A DNA stretch of 64,000 nucleotides from a virus. A program made the position numbers and the translations under genes. Under the pieces are notes generated by a model. It was not told where the DNA came from. It worked only from the letters and a program-made list of their open reading frames with translations, and ran no database searches. How positions within the stretch are numbered: the first letter of the stretch is position 1; each line of letters starts with the position of its first letter. The stretch covers positions 13,151-77,150 of IMG/VR virus record IMGVR_UViG_3300006224_000007, one strand, 5' to 3'. Shown here piece after piece: positions 46,024-55,258 of this stretch.

Positions 46024-46478
46024 TTACACTAATAGAAAATAAAGTTGTTGAGATTTTACAAGCGGCTACAATTGATGATGTATCTACTGACGTTGTTGTG
46101 GGAATTGATGACTTGTTGCTAGACTGGAATCAGTATGGAGAATATCCAAGAATTGTAGTAGCTTGTGAAGGTGTTGAGACTCAATATATACAAGTTGGCG
46201 CTGTTACAAAGGAATATGCGGTTAATATTTTCTTATTGTGCTATAATACTAACAAGGATGAATTAGTAAGGCAAAGAGATGTTATAGTCGATAGAATAGA
46301 GGTAGCCCTAAGAGCTAATCAAAGATTGGATAATTTAGCCGATAATAGTATAAGAGAAACTGTGTTTAGTTCCTCAATTCCAAGAGTTAGAGTTTCTAAG
46401 TCTGGAGTAAACGATAGTTACTATGCGGTTGCATGGATTGATTTTAGGGTAAATACTGATAGAATAATCGCTCTATAA
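46020..46478 (+). CDS. tail terminator protein (putative)
   Basis: directly upstream of tail tube; YP.I.V pattern. Confidence 0.6.
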   Translation: MITLIENKVVEILQAATIDDVSTDVVVGIDDLLLDWNQYGEYPRIVVACEGVETQYIQVGAVTKEYAVNIFLLCYNTNKDELVRQRDVIVDRIEVALRANQRLDNLADNSIRETVFSSSIPRVRVSKSGVNDSYYAVAWIDFRVNTDRIIAL

Positions 46479-46479
46479 T

Positions 46480-46500
46480 AAGGAAAGGGGGTGAATAACT
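46480..46500 (+). promoter_or_regulatory. 21 nt leader/RBS motif, copy 2
   Basis: identical to 43432-43452. Confidence 0.7.
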
Positions 46501-46503
46501 TAA

Positions 46504-47523
46504 ATGACAATTACAGGCTTAGTTGGACATTTAGGCGTAGGGGTACAAGTTCCTAGTAGTGGTGGTGTAGACGTTAATGGTATGGTTGCTGAAGCTGATT
46601 TGGGTGATGGTACTTATACACCTACTATTAGTGACTTCTTTGTTATCACAGAAGAAAGCTTTACTGCTGAAAACAACCCAATGGTTGCTGAAAATGAAAT
46701 TGGTAGAGGTCGTGACCGTACTGGTGCTGTAGCTGGTGGATATGCTATTGCTGGTGGTTTTGGTGGTTACGCTAGAACTACTGACTTAGGATTACTTTGC
46801 CAGATGGCATTAAGTAATGATGAGGCTGCTTGCGCTGCAAGCGGCTCTACTGGTATTTCTACTGTTGTTCCTACAGACTATCTTGATTGGTGGACTGTAG
46901 AGAAAAACGTTGGTGATACCTTATACCAATGGCTAGTAAATGCGAAGATGAACACGTTAACAATCTCTGTTAACCAAGGTGAAATCGCAACTTATACTAC
47001 TGATTGGGTAGTTTCTTTGGAAAAGAAAATTACATCTGGTGACGCTACTACTCCTACCTACGTTGATGATGACTTGTTAGCTTTCCACGGTGGCTTGCTT
47101 AAACTTGGTGGTACACAGTACAATAACATGGAATCAGTAGAAATTGCTATTGGTAATGGCCTTTCTAATGATGAGTATACGGTACACCCTTCTCGTTTCC
47201 TTAATAACGTAACTGAAGGAGCAAGAACATTTGACTTGAACTTCAACCAAGTATTCCAGGATGCTGATGACTACGCTAACTACACTTATGGTGCTGTTGG
47301 TCGTACAACTCCAGGATATGACTTGTATGAAGATGATGTTTATTTCTTGCTTATGAACGCGCAGACTAAAGCTGCGGCTACTGAGTATATTGAATTCTTC
47401 TTCCCCCGTGTGATGTTTGGTGGGTTGCCTGTGACCCTTGCATCTGGTAGAATTGTTGTAGCCAATACTGGTACAGTATTGTCTCCGACAGTCGGTAATA
47501 TAATTACCGTTTATTACAAGTAA
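46504..47523 (+). CDS. major tail tube protein
   Basis: beta-rich, strong RBS, precedes chaperone and tape measure; no sheath gene. Confidence 0.8.
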   Translation: MTITGLVGHLGVGVQVPSSGGVDVNGMVAEADLGDGTYTPTISDFFVITEESFTAENNPMVAENEIGRGRDRTGAVAGGYAIAGGFGGYARTTDLGLLCQMALSNDEAACAASGSTGISTVVPTDYLDWWTVEKNVGDTLYQWLVNAKMNTLTISVNQGEIATYTTDWVVSLEKKITSGDATTPTYVDDDLLAFHGGLLKLGGTQYNNMESVEIAIGNGLSNDEYTVHPSRFLNNVTEGARTFDLNFNQVFQDADDYANYTYGAVGRTTPGYDLYEDDVYFLLMNAQTKAAATEYIEFFFPRVMFGGLPVTLASGRIVVANTGTVLSPTVGNIITVYYK

Positions 47524-47548
47524 TAGTTAAGTAAAGGAGTAAAAGAAA

Positions 47549-47998
47549 ATGGCTCAAAGAATTTATGTACAAACTGTCCCTGAAATATTTCGAGTTTATA
47601 TACCTGAAGAAAAAGACTTACCAGAAGAAGACAAGACTTGGTTTGAGCATCGCAAAATGACTGAAGCTGATTACCAGAAATTTGTGGACTTAACTTCAAC
47701 AGTTAAGTTGGCAAACAAGAAAAAAGGCAAAGAGACTGATGACAAAGCTGAAGTTGATATGATGCTTGGTACTACAAGAGCATTCCTAATTAAGACTCTT
47801 ATCGTGAACTGGAATGTTATTGGTGAGGATGGCAAAGTATTAGCTGCTACATTAAACAATGTCAATATGTTATCACCTGAAATAGTTAAGATTTGGATTG
47901 ACGATATTTATGACAAGAACCCAATTCTTAAAGCGGAAGAGGAAGACGATGGAGATAAAGAGATTGTAGCTGTTGGAGAAAAATCCCCTTTAGCTTAA
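47549..47998 (+). CDS. tail assembly chaperone (gpG-like)
   Basis: between tube and tape measure; IVNWNV motif; slippery site before the stop. Confidence 0.8.
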   Translation: MAQRIYVQTVPEIFRVYIPEEKDLPEEDKTWFEHRKMTEADYQKFVDLTSTVKLANKKKGKETDDKAEVDMMLGTTRAFLIKTLIVNWNVIGEDGKVLAATLNNVNMLSPEIVKIWIDDIYDKNPILKAEEEDDGDKEIVAVGEKSPLA

Positions 47999-48276
47999 TC
48001 TTAGAAAATCAAGTAATAGCAATCTTAGAAGGAAGGCAGGAGATAGGAGAGCATCCACTCCTGCCTTCCGTTAGACAATGGTTAGACTGGAAGCTAACTA
48101 AAATTCTGCCTAGAGAGGGTGGAACTTTAAACCAAGACCCTGAATTCATGAGAGATTTAAGAATTATCTCTGGACTTGAAGCTGATTGGGAAAAAATTGG
48201 TAAGGCTAGGGCTGGTATTAGAAAACAGATACAAGAAGGAAAAGGTAAAGTAAAAGGTGGATACTTACTTAAATAA
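47549..48276 (+). CDS. frameshift-extended tail assembly chaperone (gpGT-like), -1 shift at 47986-47992
   Basis: C CCT TTA heptamer; -1 frame open for 95 codons to TAA 48274-48276, containing LPREGG..NQ.P. Confidence 0.75.
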
Positions 48277-48288
48277 GGAAGGTGCATC

Positions 48289-51200
48289 ATAGACCGAGAA
48301 CTTAGATTTGTAGTTTCTCTTAAAGATAACGCCTCACGGCAAGCAAGACAACTGGCTAGAAATCTTAGCCAGTTGAATACTACCCATGTTACAAACATTC
48401 GCCTTAACTTAATTGATAATGTAACTAGAAAACTAAAAGCCTTATATGCAGCTATATCTAAACAGGAAGGCGCTGTTTCTCTAGCGGCACTTACAGCAGG
48501 AGCAACAAATCTAGGTACTGCTCTTCAAGGCGCATTTAGTACTACTTCCAGTCAAAAATGGTATAACACTGTCTTTGGTTTTCTAAAAGGCGCAACAAAA
48601 TATGCCACCATATTTGGTGATGCATTAGTAGGTGGCTTTCTTGCCGCAGGTGCCGCAGCACAAACTCTTGTTACAGTAATCTCCGCTATCGCAACTAAAT
48701 GGATTGTTAGCATCAATAGTGAGATGGAACAATTCGAAGTTATGCTTCAAACTACTCTTCACAGCCTTACCGCTGCAAAAGAACAAATGGCAGACATTGT
48801 TCAATTTGCAAAAGAAACCCCTTATCAAATTAAAGAGATTACTGCTGCCGTTACAAAATTAGCGGCTTATAATATGCCTGTCGATAAATGGTTAAAACCA
48901 TTAGGCGATATGGCTTCTGCTTTTGGTCGTGATATTACTGATGCCGTAGAAGCTGCTGCTGACGCTATGACTGGTATGTTCCGTCGTGCGTTATCTTATG
49001 GTATTAAAATGGAACGTTCAGACTTTGACCAAGGTGGTAAATATGCTGGTATGACATATGCTGACGCTTTTATGATGGAAGTTCAAAAAAGATTCTCTGG
49101 AGGTATGGAACTTCAAGCTAAGACCTTTAAAGGAATCGTGTCTAATATCAAAGATACGTTCTATATTGCTTTTCAACAAGCTACTCAACCTGCGTTTGAG
49201 GGAATAAAAGGAATAGTAAGTGATGTTTATGATTGGCTAAATGCTAATTCTGGTCAAATTCAGCGCTATTTCAAAATTATAAATGATACTGTGATGGAGT
49301 TATTAGATACTGCTAAAGAGGTATTTAAATATTTCCAAAAAGATATTCTTCCAAGCCTTGTTCAATTATTTGAAGTAACTATGGAAGTTTGGTCTACCTT
49401 TAAAAAAGTTATGGGAACATTGATAACTGCTTTTGTTGTTCCTGCTCTTACTGTTTTAGGAAAACTTCTAGAGTTATTTGTTGACCTTATTGATTATGCA
49501 AAAATGCTCCTAGTTATCTACATGGGATACAGAGCAGCAGTTCTAGTTTTAAAACTCTTAGGCGTTCAAATGGTAAGTCTTGCTGCTAAAACGGCTTCTG
49601 CTAATGGAGCAGCAACTTTACTTTCTACTACCTTAAAAACTGTAACAACGCGAGTATTGCTGTTAGCGGCTGCTCTTGGTATTATGTGGATAGCAGAAAA
49701 ATTCATAAAAACTAGAGATGCTATTAAAGAACTTGGTGGTTCTTTTGATAAGATTGCTGGTGGAGCAGAGAAAGTTAAAGGATATCTTGAAGAGCTAGGA
49801 AAAGCAAACAACTTTAGCACAGATGAAATGGCTGAAGCTGCTAATGTGGCTAAAGAATATGGTAACAATATGCAAAACGCTCTTGAAATTGGTGCTAAGG
49901 CTGCTGGAGCTTCTAATCTTAATATGCAGCTTTCTGATACTATAGAACTAATAGGACAAGTATCAGATGCCTTTATTCATGAGGGAGATTCTGCTGAATT
50001 AATGGCTAAAAAAACTACTGAGGCTGCTGAGTTACTTAAATATCTAAAAGATAATGCAGAAGAGCTTGGAATTACATTTGAAGATGTTCAAGCTAATTTT
50101 GAACGCTATCCTGATGTTCTTGAAGCTTACGGAGACAACATAGAAGGTCTTGGAATAGCGATTAAAAAATTTACTGCTGCCGCTTGGTTAGAAGAATCAA
50201 CTGCTGATTTGAATGTTCTATTTAAAATGCTTCAAAACTTAATGGCACCAACAAAAGAGATGCTATTAAATTATCCAACTGATACTTGGATTTCCCGTTC
50301 TACAGCAGATTTAAAAACTCTTTCAAAACAATTAGAAACTTCAGATGCAGAACTATCTGCTAGGTATTTAGCTAGTGCTGAAACTATAGAAGAAATTATG
50401 AATACCTATGGTATTATTGCTGGACAAGCAGATAAAGCACAAGCAGCAGCCAAAAGCACAGTAGGTATGACTGAAGAATATGCTGCTAGACTTGAAGAAG
50501 AAATAGAAAAAAGACGCTTAACTGGTGCTGATGCAGTAGCATCGGCGGCTGATAAAGAACTGCAAGCTGCTGAAGCAAGAGAAAGGTCTGCTAAGGCAAT
50601 AGAAGCTGCTAACAAAACAGGTGTGTTGACACCGTTGGCTACTAATCAACCTGCTGGAGCAGTTTCTAAAGTTTCAGTGGTTGATTGGGTTGTAAACCAC
50701 CCTGTAGCTGGTGTGTTAGGAGTAATAGCTGCTACTATTGCTATAGCAAAAGTACTTAATAAAGGTTTTTCTAAACTTGGTCAAATAGGAATAAGAGCTA
50801 TTAAAGTTCAAACTGCTGCTGCTGGTACAAGACTAGCTCGCTTTGGGTTGAACTATGCTACTAGAAATGCAAGTGCTACTGCATTGGGAATGGCTCCTGA
50901 AGAAGCTGCCGCAGGTAGAACATGGTTAGCAAGAAGATTACTTAAAATGGAAGACAAACTTATATATAGAACTCTTCCTTCAAATCTATTAGATAGAATT
51001 GAAACTGCTACTCAAGAGCAAGTAAAAATATTAAATGCAGCAAGAAATAAAAGAGTTGACCAATTAACTAAGGAATTAGATGCTGCTCTACAAAAAAGTG
51101 GTAGAAAAGCTGGTCAAAAAGCAAGAACTTTAAGTTCTCAAATTAGAGTAACTAATGCTCAATTTGATGATGCTATAAGAGATATTAGAAGAAGCTATGG

Positions 51201-54200
51201 AGATTTAGCCAAAGAAGTTGCTAATAAACGAGTACCTACTTCTATGCGTCAATTAGCACTTCAAATTGTTGATTTTACTAATAATCTTGAGTTAGCAGCA
51301 AAATCAACAGCTAGAACAGCACGAACTACTGCTACAGCCGCTAGAAGTCTTTCTAAATCAGGAAAAGGAATAATGGGAGCCTTATTCTCTGTTCCTCTAT
51401 TTGGACCTGGGCTTAAAAAAATTTCTAGAAGTATTTTTGGTGCTGGTAGAGTAGCTCCTAGAGTAGCTGGTGGTGGTGCGGGTGTATCTTCTGTTGCGGC
51501 ATCTGTTAATGCTGTTCAAACAGGAAATGTTGTAAAGCGTCTTGAATCCCAATGGCTTCGTAAACAATTTTCTAGATTAACTGGCACTATTTTAGGTCCG
51601 TTCAAAAAAAGTGTTTCTAGTGGTCTTGCTGCTGAAGCTGTTTATAAACCTATAGTTGAAGCTATTGATTCACAAACAGCTTCTACTGTAAATGCCTTCG
51701 AAAGATTTGGAAAAACTATTCCAGATGAAATAGGAAAACGTCTTACTGAACTTGGTGGAACAACTACTAAAGAGTTTGAAACTATTTTTCAAGAACTTTT
51801 CGCAGGTAGAAATATAAGAACTGTCTCATTAGCAGGAATTACTGAGCCTGAAGCTATTACTCATATTAACAAAGTAACAAAAGCATTTATGGATGCTATT
51901 ATTGAAATGCCTAAAACTGGACGATATGCTTTGACTGGAGAAGAAGGTTTATCTGCTTGGCTACATGAATTTATGCATACTGCTCAAGAAGGAAAAGGTA
52001 GAACAGCACAAGGAATTGTAGCTAAAACAGCTAATGAAGCACAATTCTTAAAAGAACTAGATGCATGGCAAAAAGCTGCTGATGCTTTAAAAGCTATGGG
52101 AGTCGATGTTAAAAATAATACTGCTTTTATTAAAACTGCAACTGAGTCTCTAGAAACTTATGCTAAAAAAGCTGGTCTTTCTACTGATATTCTAGATAGA
52201 GCAATAAAAACTGTTGCTGATAGACTTCCAGTAGCCGTAGAAAATATTTCAAAAGCTGCTACTGAAACAGCAACTAAAGCTACTACTGTTACAAGAGCAA
52301 CTGCTCCTGGAAGAATAACAATTGACTCATATGCTGGTAAAGCCTTAGCACAAACTGAAAAAGCTGCTGTTAAAGCTTCTAATAAAAGCGCATTGATTTT
52401 AGGAAAACAACTTGGTAAACTTGTAGGAAAAGGAATTGGTGGAGTTACAACCGCAACAATGGTTACTGACCTTCTTGGTACTCTTGTGGCACAAGAAACA
52501 GTTATGAGAAAATCAACTGGTCAAGAAATTTCTATGAAGCCACTAGAATATCAAAAGCAAATGTCTGAAGCTTTATTAGGTCCAGGAGAGGCTTTAAATG
52601 ATACTCTTAAAGGACTAGCGGGAGCTATAGGAACCGTATTTACCGCTGGACAAGTTGGTGGTACTAAGGAATTGGCAGGAGCTATAAAAGATGTACCTGA
52701 AGACTTAGGTAAAGCTGCACAGGCTTTGATAGATTCTGTTCAAAGCAACAAAATGATGATGGATTATCTATATTCTCATGGCATGGACGTAGAAATGTAT
52801 AATAAAGCTACAGCAGAAATAATTGCTGGTACAGGCAAAAGTAAAGAAGTAGATATGCTTTATGATAAGTTAGTAGATTATTCGAAAGCAGAACCATCAC
52901 TTATGGCTGCTGCTAAAGCTAACGAATTAGCTGCTAAAACTAATAAACTAGCTGCTGAAGGCAAGGTTCCTGGTATTAAGTTTGATGCAGAAACAATGGC
53001 TAGTGGTGCTGGAAATCCATTTATGCAAATGGCTATTCAAGGAATCCCCGAAGCTGCTGAAAAGGCTATGGAAGAAGTAGTTCCTGTTTTTGAACAAGGG
53101 GCAAAAACTGCTGGTCAAGCCATAGCTAATGGAGTAAAGGAAGGAATGGATAGTGTAGATATAAGTTCTGAAGGCGTAGACCAAATGTTAGAAGGTCTTG
53201 TAACCAAAGGTTCTTATGGTTTAGCAGATATTCAAGCTGGACTTAAAAAAATGGATGATAGATTACAACATCTTGAAAAGACAGAAATCCCATTGACTAC
53301 TAAAAAAGTTCAAGAGCTTGAAGAAATGCTTAGTAGCTTGGATAGACAAATTAAACGTAATGAACTTGATTTAGCCAAGTTTGGTCAAGAAATGACTAAT
53401 ATTGCAAGTACCTTTGATTTGGCTATTGCTATAAATGAATTGGCTCTTGTCTCTGATTCTGCTCAAGCAGCCAGAAAAGAAATAGCTAGACTTAATGTTG
53501 TTCTTGCTCAACAAGAAATTGAACTGGCTAGTCTAGAAACTCGTCTGCAAGCTATTCAAACAGAATTTGATGAAGTAAGCAATACTATTAATAAAGCTCA
53601 AGAGTCTCTAGATAAATTCCTTAATGCTCCAGTAGAAGGAGAAGGAGCATATCTTGATAGGATTTATGAAATTGATAAACAATTAAGTGAGCTTGAACTT
53701 AAAAAGATAAATCTACAACCTACCTATGATTTATTCTCAAAAGCAGGAATGCTTGATAGTGATGCCTTCAAGAAATGGGCTGCTGAAACTGGCTGGGCTA
53801 TGATAGAAAATCAAATGGCAGCATTAGAAAATGAGAAAACTTTAGAGGAAGCTAAACGTAGAAATGCTACAATGGATATTGAACATTTCAAAGAAAAATC
53901 TCAGCGTGAAGAAGAGTTTACTACTAAACAAATTGAAGACGGCGTTAATGCTGCTATGGCAGTTATAGAAGCTAATAAACCTAGACTTGAACAGTTAGAA
54001 AAAGAACTAGAAAAACAACAATCTCTTGTTGAGAAAAAACAACAAGAAATTGAAGCTACTAATAATGCTATTGCTGCTCATGAAAGAGAACTTACATTAC
54101 TTGAAAGAAAAGTTGAATTAGCTAATCAAGATGCTCAAGCAGCTAAGGAAAAAATGGAAGCTAACAAAAAAATCTTTGACTTAGAAGGCGCTATTACTGA

Positions 54201-54894
54201 TATGAAGATGATGCAAACAGCAGAAGCTATGGCTCAAGGTTTAATTAGCACAGAGGTTATGGAAAGTCTTGTTACTCAATACAATGCCTTAGCAGATAAA
54301 ACATCTGATATTACAAGAACACAAACAGGATTGAACTATAGAGTTCAAGCAATAACCTTTGATAAGGAATACTGGGATAAAAGATTAGCTACAGCCCAAG
54401 CTGAGCAAGGAACATTAATAGACAACATTAATAGATTAGTCCAAGCTGCTGAAGATATGATTACTGGAGTAAATGCAGACAGTGAAGGATTTGAAACTGC
54501 CTTAGCAAATGTATTTGGAGCAGATATTAAAGGGGTTGTAGGCCAAATGTCATTGAATTTAGCAGCGATGGCTAGAGGAAAAGAAGGCGCAACTACGGCA
54601 TTTCCAAGCTATCAATTTGGTGGCATTGAATTAGCACAAGAACAATTAGCACTACTACATGGTCCAGAAGCTATTATTCCCTTGCATGGTGGCGCGGTTC
54701 CTGTTAAAATATATGGTGCTGCAACTCAAGGAGAATCTGGTCCAGTCACAATCAATCAAACTACTGTTGAAGTTGGTAGTATTGTTGTGCGTGATGATAA
54801 TGACTTAGAAGAAATTAAACAAGCTATCCTAGATTTACGTCAGGGTAACACTACTTTCTTCTCTAGAGCATCTCAATATTCAGAAAGATTTTAA
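48289..54894 (+). CDS. tape measure protein (~2200 aa)
   Basis: Ala-rich helical; FAKETPY, LGDMASA, QAKTFKG..SNIKD; C-terminal LLHGPEAIIP; frame open upstream of 48373 to an ATA at 48289 behind an RBS. Confidence 0.9.
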   Translation: MDRELRFVVSLKDNASRQARQLARNLSQLNTTHVTNIRLNLIDNVTRKLKALYAAISKQEGAVSLAALTAGATNLGTALQGAFSTTSSQKWYNTVFGFLKGATKYATIFGDALVGGFLAAGAAAQTLVTVISAIATKWIVSINSEMEQFEVMLQTTLHSLTAAKEQMADIVQFAKETPYQIKEITAAVTKLAAYNMPVDKWLKPLGDMASAFGRDITDAVEAAADAMTGMFRRALSYGIKMERSDFDQGGKYAGMTYADAFMMEVQKRFSGGMELQAKTFKGIVSNIKDTFYIAFQQATQPAFEGIKGIVSDVYDWLNANSGQIQRYFKIINDTVMELLDTAKEVFKYFQKDILPSLVQLFEVTMEVWSTFKKVMGTLITAFVVPALTVLGKLLELFVDLIDYAKMLLVIYMGYRAAVLVLKLLGVQMVSLAAKTASANGAATLLSTTLKTVTTRVLLLAAALGIMWIAEKFIKTRDAIKELGGSFDKIAGGAEKVKGYLEELGKANNFSTDEMAEAANVAKEYGNNMQNALEIGAKAAGASNLNMQLSDTIELIGQVSDAFIHEGDSAELMAKKTTEAAELLKYLKDNAEELGITFEDVQANFERYPDVLEAYGDNIEGLGIAIKKFTAAAWLEESTADLNVLFKMLQNLMAPTKEMLLNYPTDTWISRSTADLKTLSKQLETSDAELSARYLASAETIEEIMNTYGIIAGQADKAQAAAKSTVGMTEEYAARLEEEIEKRRLTGADAVASAADKELQAAEARERSAKAIEAANKTGVLTPLATNQPAGAVSKVSVVDWVVNHPVAGVLGVIAATIAIAKVLNKGFSKLGQIGIRAIKVQTAAAGTRLARFGLNYATRNASATALGMAPEEAAAGRTWLARRLLKMEDKLIYRTLPSNLLDRIETATQEQVKILNAARNKRVDQLTKELDAALQKSGRKAGQKARTLSSQIRVTNAQFDDAIRDIRRSYGDLAKEVANKRVPTSMRQLALQIVDFTNNLELAAKSTARTARTTATAARSLSKSGKGIMGALFSVPLFGPGLKKISRSIFGAGRVAPRVAGGGAGVSSVAASVNAVQTGNVVKRLESQWLRKQFSRLTGTILGPFKKSVSSGLAAEAVYKPIVEAIDSQTASTVNAFERFGKTIPDEIGKRLTELGGTTTKEFETIFQELFAGRNIRTVSLAGITEPEAITHINKVTKAFMDAIIEMPKTGRYALTGEEGLSAWLHEFMHTAQEGKGRTAQGIVAKTANEAQFLKELDAWQKAADALKAMGVDVKNNTAFIKTATESLETYAKKAGLSTDILDRAIKTVADRLPVAVENISKAATETATKATTVTRATAPGRITIDSYAGKALAQTEKAAVKASNKSALILGKQLGKLVGKGIGGVTTATMVTDLLGTLVAQETVMRKSTGQEISMKPLEYQKQMSEALLGPGEALNDTLKGLAGAIGTVFTAGQVGGTKELAGAIKDVPEDLGKAAQALIDSVQSNKMMMDYLYSHGMDVEMYNKATAEIIAGTGKSKEVDMLYDKLVDYSKAEPSLMAAAKANELAAKTNKLAAEGKVPGIKFDAETMASGAGNPFMQMAIQGIPEAAEKAMEEVVPVFEQGAKTAGQAIANGVKEGMDSVDISSEGVDQMLEGLVTKGSYGLADIQAGLKKMDDRLQHLEKTEIPLTTKKVQELEEMLSSLDRQIKRNELDLAKFGQEMTNIASTFDLAIAINELALVSDSAQAARKEIARLNVVLAQQEIELASLETRLQAIQTEFDEVSNTINKAQESLDKFLNAPVEGEGAYLDRIYEIDKQLSELELKKINLQPTYDLFSKAGMLDSDAFKKWAAETGWAMIENQMAALENEKTLEEAKRRNATMDIEHFKEKSQREEEFTTKQIEDGVNAAMAVIEANKPRLEQLEKELEKQQSLVEKKQQEIEATNNAIAAHERELTLLERKVELANQDAQAAKEKMEANKKIFDLEGAITDMKMMQTAEAMAQGLISTEVMESLVTQYNALADKTSDITRTQTGLNYRVQAITFDKEYWDKRLATAQAEQGTLIDNINRLVQAAEDMITGVNADSEGFETALANVFGADIKGVVGQMSLNLAAMARGKEGATTAFPSYQFGGIELAQEQLALLHGPEAIIPLHGGAVPVKIYGAATQGESGPVTINQTTVEVGSIVVRDDNDLEEIKQAILDLRQGNTTFFSRASQYSERF

Positions 54895-54904
54895 GGAGGG
54901 ATAA

Positions 54905-55258
54905 ATGTCAGATATTAATGGTTATGAAATTCATGTAACAGATGAAACACTTCCCCACCTTGAATCTACTTGGACTGAAGTTGAAGTAACATCTGATAAT
55001 AAAACTTACAAGTTTAAACGCGAGACTAATAAAAGTTTAGTGTTCGATATATCTGGTTTTATTTCTTTGAGTACTTATGCTTTAACTAGAACTGAAGCAG
55101 AAGGTTTAAATGATGACTTAAATGATACGCCTTCTGGTACTTATACAGATGGATTTGGAACTACCCGTAGTGTTCTTGTTGATAGTTGGAGCATTAAACC
55201 TGTAGCTGCTCTTAATAAATATACCTTTACTATGACTCTAAGAATTCCGGTGACTTAA
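54905..55258 (+). CDS. distal tail protein (putative)
   Basis: small beta protein right after tape measure; AAGGAGG RBS. Confidence 0.6.
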   Translation: MSDINGYEIHVTDETLPHLESTWTEVEVTSDNKTYKFKRETNKSLVFDISGFISLSTYALTRTEAEGLNDDLNDTPSGTYTDGFGTTRSVLVDSWSIKPVAALNKYTFTMTLRIPVT

